Source: Promethearchaeota archaeon (GTDB lineage: Archaea; Asgardarchaeota; Lokiarchaeia; Sigyniarchaeales; SOKP01). From it: DNA of 64,000 nt. The notes under the pieces are model-generated. The model was given only the letters and a program-made list of their open reading frames with translations. It searched no databases and was not told the origin of the DNA. Positions 18,495-26,143 of this stretch are shown one piece after another. The stretch lies in the NCBI GenBank assembly GCA_048940765.1, contig JBHLOG010000002.1, forward strand, positions 20,254 through 84,253, given 5' to 3'. Position numbers and translations under genes: made by a program. Within the stretch, counting starts at the first letter, position 1, and every line of letters starts with the position of its first letter.

Positions 18495-18609
18495 AATTAT
18501 ATTATTAGAAACGTTAATATAAAAAAGGATTCATTATATTTTGTGAATTCAAATAATTACACTAATCAACTACCTTTTAGTTTCATTTTACAACAATTAT
18601 TTATTCAAA

Positions 18610-18622
18610 GTTTCAATTTGAA
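18610..18622. promoter_or_regulatory. TTTCAA-T-TTGAAA inverted repeat in the divergent Lrp-paralogue intergenic region
   Basis: Read directly. A second one-mismatch copy, TATCAA-T-TTGAAA, sits at 18884-18896, 4 nt before ATG 18900. Confidence 0.3.
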
Positions 18623-18899
18623 AACCACACATATTTATTATATATGATAGATAAACTATTATTTATCAATTTAATTAGAAAAACAATAATAATAACAAGG
18701 CATTATATAAATGAAAAATTAATTATTGGACATCAAATCTAATTAAAGGTTTACTTATAAATATAATATTTCTTAATAGAAAATTGTAAAACGTACATCA
18801 AATTTTGAAATATTGTCGAGCTAACTTTTTATAAACGACAAATTTTAAAAATTGGTAATTAAGATCTAATTAATTAAATTAAGTATCAATTTGAAAATT

Positions 18900-19463
18900 A
18901 TGCTATTAGATAATATTGATAAACAGATTTTATTTGAATTGTTCAAAGAAGGACGTCAAAGTTTAACAAACTTGGAAAAAGTTATATATAAATCAGGTGA
19001 TGAAACAATGAGCCATACAGGTATTGCAAAGAGAATTACGAAATTAGAGGACTCAGAAGTTCTAAAGGTTCAAGCGAATACAAATATCAATACGCTCCAA
19101 TATAAATCTCTATTTCTACTAATCGAGATGAGTAATTATGAGGAAGTACAAAATATAATTAAAGCTTATCAAGATTGCCCACGAATATTTTTATTAGCTC
19201 AGGTAACAGGTCAATATAATTTAATATTAGGAATTATAGGGCAAAATATTGATGTTCTACACAGATATATTAATTACTGTGGACCCACGAATAAAAAGGG
19301 GATACTTCACTCCGCTACTATATTCGTATCTGATTTTATCACCCCTAAGTATTTGCCAATTAATCTTTTCAGCCAAGACAGTAAAGAAGAAAAATGTGGA
19401 AATATATGTAGTGACTGTGCTGCCTATCTTGATGGGAAGTGTAATGGATGTGGTTCTTTTTAA
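18900..19463 (+). CDS. Lrp/AsnC-family regulator with a C-terminal 5-Cys motif (paralogue of 17931-18494)
   Basis: MLLDNIDKQILFELFKEGRQSL... aligns end to end with the divergent paralogue, by eye about two thirds identical. C-terminus KCGNICSDCAAYLDGKCNGCGSF. ATG 18900 is preferred over TTG 18891 by alignment. Confidence 0.75.
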   Translation: MLLDNIDKQILFELFKEGRQSLTNLEKVIYKSGDETMSHTGIAKRITKLEDSEVLKVQANTNINTLQYKSLFLLIEMSNYEEVQNIIKAYQDCPRIFLLAQVTGQYNLILGIIGQNIDVLHRYINYCGPTNKKGILHSATIFVSDFITPKYLPINLFSQDSKEEKCGNICSDCAAYLDGKCNGCGSF

Positions 19464-19736
19464 TCGTATATAATTGTTTTTATATTATTAAAAGTACTTA
19501 ATTTTAAAATTTAGTAAGATCAATCTCTGATTTCATAGAACACTTTAAAAATTTGTAAAAAGAGCGAAAAATATTATTAACTTATTTAATAAAATCTCTA
19601 ATAAATGTGATAGGTTAGCTATTAAATAAGTTTAAATTTTTATGAATTAAGTCCAGATAAAATTTTTGAAAATCTCCAATTATGTAAAGAATTTAATTTA
19701 AAATTGAATTTTTTTTTTCATTTTTACTCCTTTTAT

Positions 19737-19750
19737 TTTCAATTTTGAAA
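19737..19750. promoter_or_regulatory. TTTCAA-TT-TTGAAA inverted repeat next to a TATATATA stretch upstream of mvhG
   Basis: Read directly; 136 nt upstream of the mvhG ATG. Confidence 0.25.
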
Positions 19751-19885
19751 GTTATATATATTCCTTGTTTAGAAAGGAGAAATTTTTTAATAACATACAG
19801 TATAATCTTATACATTAATTCAATTTAAAAAAAAAATTTGACAATTTATTAAAAATAAAAAAAAAATCAGAAAATTGATGAAAAA

Positions 19886-21199
19886 ATGGCAGTAAAAGTA
19901 GCTTTTATGCAATTAAGTGACTGTTGGGGCTGTCATCAATCTCTTTTAAACGCTCATTTAGGTTTGTTGCCAGTTCTACCAGCATTAGAGATTGTATATT
20001 GGCCAGCTGTAGTTGATTTTAAACATGATTCATTGAAACAAAGAGACCCAGGTTCAATTTTAGTTGGTTTCATTGAAGGATCTATCCGTACAAATGAAGA
20101 TTATGATAATGTTAAACTGATGAGAGAAAAATGTGCTTTAGTAATTTCTTTTGGTAGCTGTGCCTGCTATGGAAATGTACATGGATTAGCTAATCAATGG
20201 AATATAGAGGAATTAGTAAAGAGAAAATTCTCTCAAGTTGAAAGCATAGCTGATGAGAGTGGTGGAGAACCGACCCTGCATACTCCTGGTTTTAGAGAGA
20301 AGGTTGTCCCTGTTGATGAAGTAATAAATGTTGATGCATATATATCTGGATGTCCACCAAAGCCAGAGCAAATTATTAGTAGTGTCGCATTTTTATTAGG
20401 ACAAAAACCATTTCCCATGAATGATCTTGCATTTTGTAATGATTGTGCAATAAAAAATGATTGTTTATTGGATCATGGAGTAATGTGTTATGGTTCAATT
20501 ACCAGTATCGGTTGTGATTTAAAGTGTACTAGTGACAAAAAACCTTGTGTAGGTTGTTTTGGTCCAGCGAAAACTGTTGATTCAAGAGCAGAAAAATTAA
20601 ACAACATGTCTAAAAATTTGAGTTCAATTAGTCTGGGTGACAAAAAAAATGTATATGAATTTTTAACATTGTTTTTAAATGTTCCTTTAATGGCCGGATT
20701 TGATTTATCTGGAGATATCTTAAAACAAATTAAAAAACATGGAACTCCGGATACTCCATTAGCTAATCTACCTCCAACAACAGAAGAAATTTCTACAAAC
20801 TTATTAGAATTTTTGAAGGAAAATCCTGATTTTCATGATATTTCAAATGTATGCGATACGTGTCCTCGAATTATTGGTAGTAAGTCAACTATGACAAGAG
20901 TCAAAAGAGATTATGAAGGGCTTCCAAATATGGAAGATTGTCTAATTGAACAAGGATATATCTGTATGGGCCCTGTAACTAAAGCTGGCTGCGGTGCTTT
21001 GTGTATAAAGGTTAATGCTCCATGTACTGGTTGTTTTGGTCAAACAGTATGGGGCGTTAATCAAGCAGAAAGGTTCGCTGATACGGTACTCAAACAATTT
21101 AATGTTAGCTTATCAAAAGAAGAATTACTGTCTCAGGTAAAAGATCCAATTGGTACATTTGAAAAATTTACTTTAGCATCAAGAAAAGGAGGTATATAA
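19886..21199 (+). CDS. mvhG: [NiFe]-hydrogenase small subunit (MvhG-like, group 3)
   Basis: N-terminus KVAFMQLSDCWGCHQS, then FGSCACYG and ISGCPP (proximal cluster ligands). Two C-terminal Cys modules each end in PCxGCFG. Confidence 0.85.
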   Translation: MAVKVAFMQLSDCWGCHQSLLNAHLGLLPVLPALEIVYWPAVVDFKHDSLKQRDPGSILVGFIEGSIRTNEDYDNVKLMREKCALVISFGSCACYGNVHGLANQWNIEELVKRKFSQVESIADESGGEPTLHTPGFREKVVPVDEVINVDAYISGCPPKPEQIISSVAFLLGQKPFPMNDLAFCNDCAIKNDCLLDHGVMCYGSITSIGCDLKCTSDKKPCVGCFGPAKTVDSRAEKLNNMSKNLSSISLGDKKNVYEFLTLFLNVPLMAGFDLSGDILKQIKKHGTPDTPLANLPPTTEEISTNLLEFLKENPDFHDISNVCDTCPRIIGSKSTMTRVKRDYEGLPNMEDCLIEQGYICMGPVTKAGCGALCIKVNAPCTGCFGQTVWGVNQAERFADTVLKQFNVSLSKEELLSQVKDPIGTFEKFTLASRKGGI

Positions 21200-21202
21200 A
21201 AA

Positions 21203-22507
21203 ATGGCGAAAGAAATAGAAGTAGAGCCAGTCACTCGATTAGAGGGACATGGTGGTTTAAGATTAGTTTTAGGCGATGATGGAAAAATACAAGATGTTCA
21301 ATTCAATATCACTTCCACAAGATTTTTTGAGAAGTTTCTTGAAGGACGTTATTGCGAGCATATTCCTAGAATAACTCCGAGAATTTGTGGTATATGTCCA
21401 ATTCCTCATCATTTAACTCCAACTAAAGCGGTGGAAGATGCATGGCAGGTTGAAATTCCTACTCCTGCGTATAAATTACGACAATTATTGCAGAATGCTA
21501 AACAATATTCATCACACGCTTTACATTTCTATGCACTTGCTGCTCCTGACTTTTTATTGGGACCTATGGCTGATCCAGCATTAAGAAATGTGGTACATGT
21601 AATTAATCAAATGCCAGATGTAGGTGCAATGGCATTAAAAATGATGGATTTTGGTCAGAAATTATGTGCTGCAGTAGGAGGGAAATCTGTACATCCTATT
21701 TCTGCTATCGTTGGTGGTATGAAAAAGCCTTTAGATGAAGATGTTCGAGATTTGTTTTTAAAACAAATTGCAGATCAGGTTGAATGGACTAAGAAAACCG
21801 TTGATATTGGTTTAAAAGTAGTTGAAGATTATTGGGATGTTGTGGCTAACGTAGGAGTTGTACCCACTTACTATGCTGGTATGACGAAAAATGGAGTTCA
21901 TGACATTTATGATGGAGATCTTCGCATAGTATCTCCAAATGGGGAGAAGTTCGATTATCCACCTCAAAAATATTTGGACGCTCTAGGTGAACATATCCCC
22001 AAGCATTCTTATGCAACTCACATGTACTATAAGCCAGCTGGATATCCTGAGGGAATATATAGAGCAAATACTTTAGCAATGATTAACTGTGCAGATAAGA
22101 TGGCAACTCCTTTAGCAGATGAAGCGTTGCAGGCTATGAGGGCAAAAGTTGGTAACATATCCCATCACACATTCGCATATCATTGGGCTCGATTAATTGA
22201 ATTAGTAGAATCTATTGAAGTAATCGCAACATTACTTCAAGATGATGATATTGTTAATCCTGATTGTAAGACTTTAGATGTACAGCCTAGAGAAGGAAAT
22301 GGTGTTGGTCTCACAGAAGCTCCAAGAGGAATACTCTTATATAATATATGGTCCGATGCTGAAGGAATTTGTAAAAAGGCAAATCTTTTAGTTGCAACAA
22401 ACCATAACATCGCAGGAATTGAAAAGACATTGAAGCATGTCGCTAAGCAAGTTTTTGAGGACAAGGCGCTTGATGGTTTAAAATTACCAGACCCATGGAT
22501 AAAATAA
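21203..22507 (+). CDS. mvhA: [NiFe(Se)]-hydrogenase large subunit (MvhA/VhuA-like), lacking the C-terminal Ni-binding motif
   Basis: RLEGHGG and RICGICPIPHH (N-terminal RxCGxCxxxH Ni ligands). The ORF ends ...LKLPDPWIK without DPCxxCxxH. Confidence 0.9.
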   Translation: MAKEIEVEPVTRLEGHGGLRLVLGDDGKIQDVQFNITSTRFFEKFLEGRYCEHIPRITPRICGICPIPHHLTPTKAVEDAWQVEIPTPAYKLRQLLQNAKQYSSHALHFYALAAPDFLLGPMADPALRNVVHVINQMPDVGAMALKMMDFGQKLCAAVGGKSVHPISAIVGGMKKPLDEDVRDLFLKQIADQVEWTKKTVDIGLKVVEDYWDVVANVGVVPTYYAGMTKNGVHDIYDGDLRIVSPNGEKFDYPPQKYLDALGEHIPKHSYATHMYYKPAGYPEGIYRANTLAMINCADKMATPLADEALQAMRAKVGNISHHTFAYHWARLIELVESIEVIATLLQDDDIVNPDCKTLDVQPREGNGVGLTEAPRGILLYNIWSDAEGICKKANLLVATNHNIAGIEKTLKHVAKQVFEDKALDGLKLPDPWIK

Positions 22508-22549
22508 ATTAAATATAATGAAAATTAAAGAAAGAAGTGAACAAAAAAG

Positions 22550-22699
22550 ATGAGTGATATACCTGAAGGTGTAGTAAATCTCTTAGAAATGGTAGTTCGC
22601 TGTTTTGACTGTTGACTATCATGCGCTGCTCATATAACAGTTGTTGATGAGCGGGGCAAAGAGATATACTCTCGAGAAATGAACGTAGGTTTAGGATGA
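22550..22699 (+). CDS. vhuU: VhuU-like mini-subunit carrying the C-terminal Ni-binding motif with a predicted selenocysteine (in-frame TGA 22613-22615)
   Basis: Reads MSDIPEGVVNLLEMVVRCFDC-TGA-LSCAAHITVVDERGKEIYSREMNVGLG-TGA. With TGA read as Sec, this restores D-x-[C/U]-x-x-C-x-x-H, which is missing from the upstream large subunit. Confidence 0.7.
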
Positions 22700-22750
22700 A
22701 TGTCCAATAAAAATGATTGAAATTGGACATAACTGCCCCTTGCGTGGGGT
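22700..22750 (+). promoter_or_regulatory. Structured 3' region of the vhuU-like gene (candidate SECIS)
   Basis: A 9-bp perfect stem 22700-22708/22722-22730 has a 13-nt loop AAAAATGATTGAA. A CCCC/GGGG hairpin (22736-22739/22746-22749) follows. It sits in an unusually long ~100-nt intra-operon spacer. Confidence 0.3.
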
Positions 22751-22794
22751 TAAAACCTACAAATAAATAAATCATTCAAAAAATAAGAAAAAAG

Positions 22795-23310
22795 TTGAAA
22801 AAAATGGAAACAAATTTCGAATTTAGAAAACAAGTTATGGATTATCATATTGGGCCTGATGTAATTAAATATTGTTATCAATGCAGTAGATGTGCTGATA
22901 ATTGTCCTGTAACTGCGGTTACAACTGATTTTTATACAACCACAGGATATAATCCTAGAAGTAATATCTTAGCAGCATTATTAGGATATAAAGATTTACT
23001 CCTTGGAGGAGACGAGTTAGGGATTTGGGGGTGTACTGTATGTGATACATGTGATGAAGTATGTCCTCAAAAGATTGAACTTACAGAAATCTTTACTTTT
23101 CTAAAAAATCAAAGTATTGCTTTGGGTAAAGGTCCAGAATTTATTTATTCCCAAGCGAAAGCTATATTTGAAAATGCTAAAGCAATTCCATCACAACCTG
23201 CTATTGAGAGACGGAGAGAACAATTAGGTATACCAGCTATAATAAATCCGGAAATAAATGAAGTACAAACATTATTAAAGAATATTGGAGCTGAGAAGAA
23301 ATTAAAATAA
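22795..23310 (+). CDS. hdrC: Heterodisulfide reductase subunit C (HdrC)
   Basis: CYQCSRCADNCPV and CTVCDTCDEVCPQ, about 170 aa, directly upstream of hdrB. The ATG at 22804 may be the true start. Confidence 0.8.
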   Translation: MKKMETNFEFRKQVMDYHIGPDVIKYCYQCSRCADNCPVTAVTTDFYTTTGYNPRSNILAALLGYKDLLLGGDELGIWGCTVCDTCDEVCPQKIELTEIFTFLKNQSIALGKGPEFIYSQAKAIFENAKAIPSQPAIERRREQLGIPAIINPEINEVQTLLKNIGAEKKLK

Positions 23311-23326
23311 TTCGAGGGTAAAAAAA

Positions 23327-24205
23327 ATGACAGAATATAAAATGTTTGAAGGATGTACTATTGGAAATAGAATCCCGTTTATTGAAGCTGCCTCAAGAAA
23401 AGTTTTCGATAAATTAGGAATAGAAACTTCTCAAGCGCCATTTTCTTGTTGTCCAGATCCAACTGGAATGAAAAGTTTCGATAATGATGCTTGGTTGGTA
23501 ATAGGAGCTCGAAATCTTTGTCTTGCTGAAGCTGAAGGGAAAGATATAGTATCCTTATGTAATGGCTGTGCTAATACTTTAAGAGGAGTTCAACATCAAT
23601 TGAAGCATGATAATTTGAAGAAAGATAAGGTTAATTCAGAGTTAGCAAAAATTGGCAAGGAATTCAAAGGTTCTATTGATATAAAACATTTTGTCGATGT
23701 ATTGAAAAATGAAGTTGGCAAGGATAAGATCAGAGATGCTATCACAAAGCAATTAAGTGGTTTGAGGGTAGCGGTCCATCCTGGTTGCCATTATATGCGA
23801 CCTGCTGAATGGATGGAGTCTGATGATCCGATTCGACCAACTAATTTAAAAGAATTAGTAGCTGCTTCTGGCGCTACAGTCGTAGATTATGAAGAATTAG
23901 CACTGTGTTGTGGTGCAGCAGTAACAAATGCCTATGAGGAGCATGGAATGGCAAACTTAAAGAAAAAAATGGATAATATTAAAAAGACCGGAGCAGATGT
24001 TATTGTTGTAAATTGTCCTGCATGCTTTCAGCAATTTGATACTAGACAAAGAGATCTAGGTAAGATGTTTGATACTGAATACAGTATTCCAGTGTTATAT
24101 TTAACTGAATTATATGCTTTAGCAATGGGATTTAGTCCAGATGAAATAGGATTAAAATTTCATCGTACAAGATTATCTGGTGTATTAGAAAAGCTTGGTT
24201 TATAA
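23327..24205 (+). CDS. hdrB: Heterodisulfide reductase subunit B (HdrB), two CCG domains
   Basis: PFSCCPDPTG...LCNGC and HPGCHY...ALCCGAA...VVNCPACFQQFD are CCG-type cysteine motifs. Confidence 0.85.
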   Translation: MTEYKMFEGCTIGNRIPFIEAASRKVFDKLGIETSQAPFSCCPDPTGMKSFDNDAWLVIGARNLCLAEAEGKDIVSLCNGCANTLRGVQHQLKHDNLKKDKVNSELAKIGKEFKGSIDIKHFVDVLKNEVGKDKIRDAITKQLSGLRVAVHPGCHYMRPAEWMESDDPIRPTNLKELVAASGATVVDYEELALCCGAAVTNAYEEHGMANLKKKMDNIKKTGADVIVVNCPACFQQFDTRQRDLGKMFDTEYSIPVLYLTELYALAMGFSPDEIGLKFHRTRLSGVLEKLGL

Positions 24206-24490
24206 ATAACTGAAAATTTTAAAATATTTTATTTTTTTTATTTTCTTTTCTATTTAACTTTAAAAATTAGTAATAGATATCCATCGGAAAATATGAAAAG
24301 ATTAACTTTTTCATGTTAGAAGGAATTCTCTATTAATTTAATTATATAATAAAATTTTTAGAAATTTTAAATAAATGAATAAATCCATTAACAATATGAG
24401 TTGTAAAAAAAAGGAGGATTAACTAGAATTCTTTTATTTTTTACTAAAAATTTTTATATGATATTCAAAATTCATTCTTATTGAAGGTTT

Positions 24491-24790
24491 ATGAGTGATA
24501 AAGATGATGATTGTGATGAAGATGCTTGGGAGTATTATGATAAAGTAAGGGATGCTCTTTATGGATTATTTGAGATTTTGAATTTAGCTCTAGATCCCGA
24601 TAGTGTCTATTATAAGTGTGGAGTTGATAATTTAGAAGCATTAAAGAATAGCTTGATAGATTTACTTATGAAAGATTATGATACTTTAGATCTACAAGAT
24701 ACTCTTCGAAAAATTGAGTTCAACTTAAAAAAGTCTTTATTTTTCGAATCTTCTCCTAAAAAAAAGGAAAAAAAAAATCATGATGAATAA
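24491..24790 (+). CDS. Hypothetical acidic protein (99 aa)
   Basis: ORF only. Confidence 0.35.
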   Translation: MSDKDDDCDEDAWEYYDKVRDALYGLFEILNLALDPDSVYYKCGVDNLEALKNSLIDLLMKDYDTLDLQDTLRKIEFNLKKSLFFESSPKKKEKKNHDE

Positions 24791-25116
24791 AAGATAATAT
24801 GCATTAAGTTTTCTTTAAAATTAGCTCAAGATTATTTCAAGATAATTTTTAACTAAATTTATTTTAAAGTATTAGTCTTTAGCAGATTTGTTTAAACATC
24901 CATCAAACTAGACAAAATGGAACTATAGAGAACTTTAAACTAACAATACATAATTTTTATTTCTTAAACTTTATTTTTTGGATTGTAAGATTTAAATAAT
25001 AGAGATTTTTCTAATATCTTGGAATTTTATAATTTTGTAAACGTAAAAGATTTCATTGTATTTATCTAAGCGATTACTTAAGATAAGAAAAAAAAGAATG
25101 TAAAGTTTGTATTATC

Positions 25117-25911
25117 ATGCTTAATTTAAAGCGAGACCATCCATGGTTTTTCCAATATCTTGAAAATTATTATCATTTATTTCTGAATATAAGATTTAAT
25201 AATGGAACGAACTTAAGAAGAAGTATTCATTTTTCAGTTGAATTTAGCCTTCAAGGATTCGAAGGACTATTATTTTATATGTATAAACCAGCTTTTAAAA
25301 GAGTGAGATTTGATTTATATAGACATTCATTTGAGCATGCTTATATTATAGACAATTTAAATTTTATTTTGACCAAAGAAGCAATAAATTCATTGGATTT
25401 TGTTATTATTCCTTTTGGGTATTTCAAAGATGAGCATCAGTTTAATCTGGATATTCGAAGTAGTGAGGTAGAATCAAGTTTTGATTTGTATGCATGGGCA
25501 CCCTCAAGTTTATATAAACATATAAAATCTGTTATTCGAATAGACAATCAATATTCAGAATTAATTCCTATAGATGATTATCGGGGTTTTTTCTTCCAAT
25601 TTGATAGTTCATTTAAAGGGAATGAGACGGGAAGACTTTTTGATTTAATAAATCTCTTGGCAGATCTTAACAAAATGGTAGATGAATCGGATAACACACC
25701 TCTCTTTGAAGGAATGGATTTCGAGATAAAGTCATTAGTAACAAAGAGTAATGAATTTTTATTCGAGTTATGTCAGCGATCCGTTCCCTTAGATATTAAA
25801 AATATCCTAAGAGAATTAGAAAGATTAAAATTTAATATTGATAATCTTTCAAAAGAAGAAATTTTTAATTGGTTATCCGACCTCATCGCTTTTTATTCCG
25901 GTAAACCATAA
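25117..25911 (+). CDS. Hypothetical protein (264 aa)
   Basis: ORF only; no motif recognised. Confidence 0.45.
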   Translation: MLNLKRDHPWFFQYLENYYHLFLNIRFNNGTNLRRSIHFSVEFSLQGFEGLLFYMYKPAFKRVRFDLYRHSFEHAYIIDNLNFILTKEAINSLDFVIIPFGYFKDEHQFNLDIRSSEVESSFDLYAWAPSSLYKHIKSVIRIDNQYSELIPIDDYRGFFFQFDSSFKGNETGRLFDLINLLADLNKMVDESDNTPLFEGMDFEIKSLVTKSNEFLFELCQRSVPLDIKNILRELERLKFNIDNLSKEEIFNWLSDLIAFYSGKP

Positions 25912-26143
25912 ATATATAATTTCATAAAGTAAATTCAAGAATAATTCATTTAATTTTTCTTAATATCATAAATATTTATCTAAGCCTTATAAAAATATTA
26001 ATATTTTTAGAAATCAGAAAGAGATTATAAAACTCTTAAACATATATAAAATTAAATAAGAAATATCTTTATATTAATCACATTTAATTTGAATATTGAG
26101 GGAAGAAAAGAATCGAACACATTTTTTGAGAAATTGATAATAG

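Noticed and set aside
19919-19936. CWGCH in MvhG as a CxxCH heme c motif
   Set aside because: The protein is cytoplasmic with no signal peptide. This Cys pair is the standard proximal Fe-S cluster ligand region of [NiFe] small subunits.
22509-22775. 88-aa minus-strand ORF in the mvhA-hdrC gap
   Set aside because: It is antisense to the VhuU-like reading frame, which carries a clear hydrogenase C-terminal motif. Its own translation has no features and an odd composition, so it is most likely an artefact.
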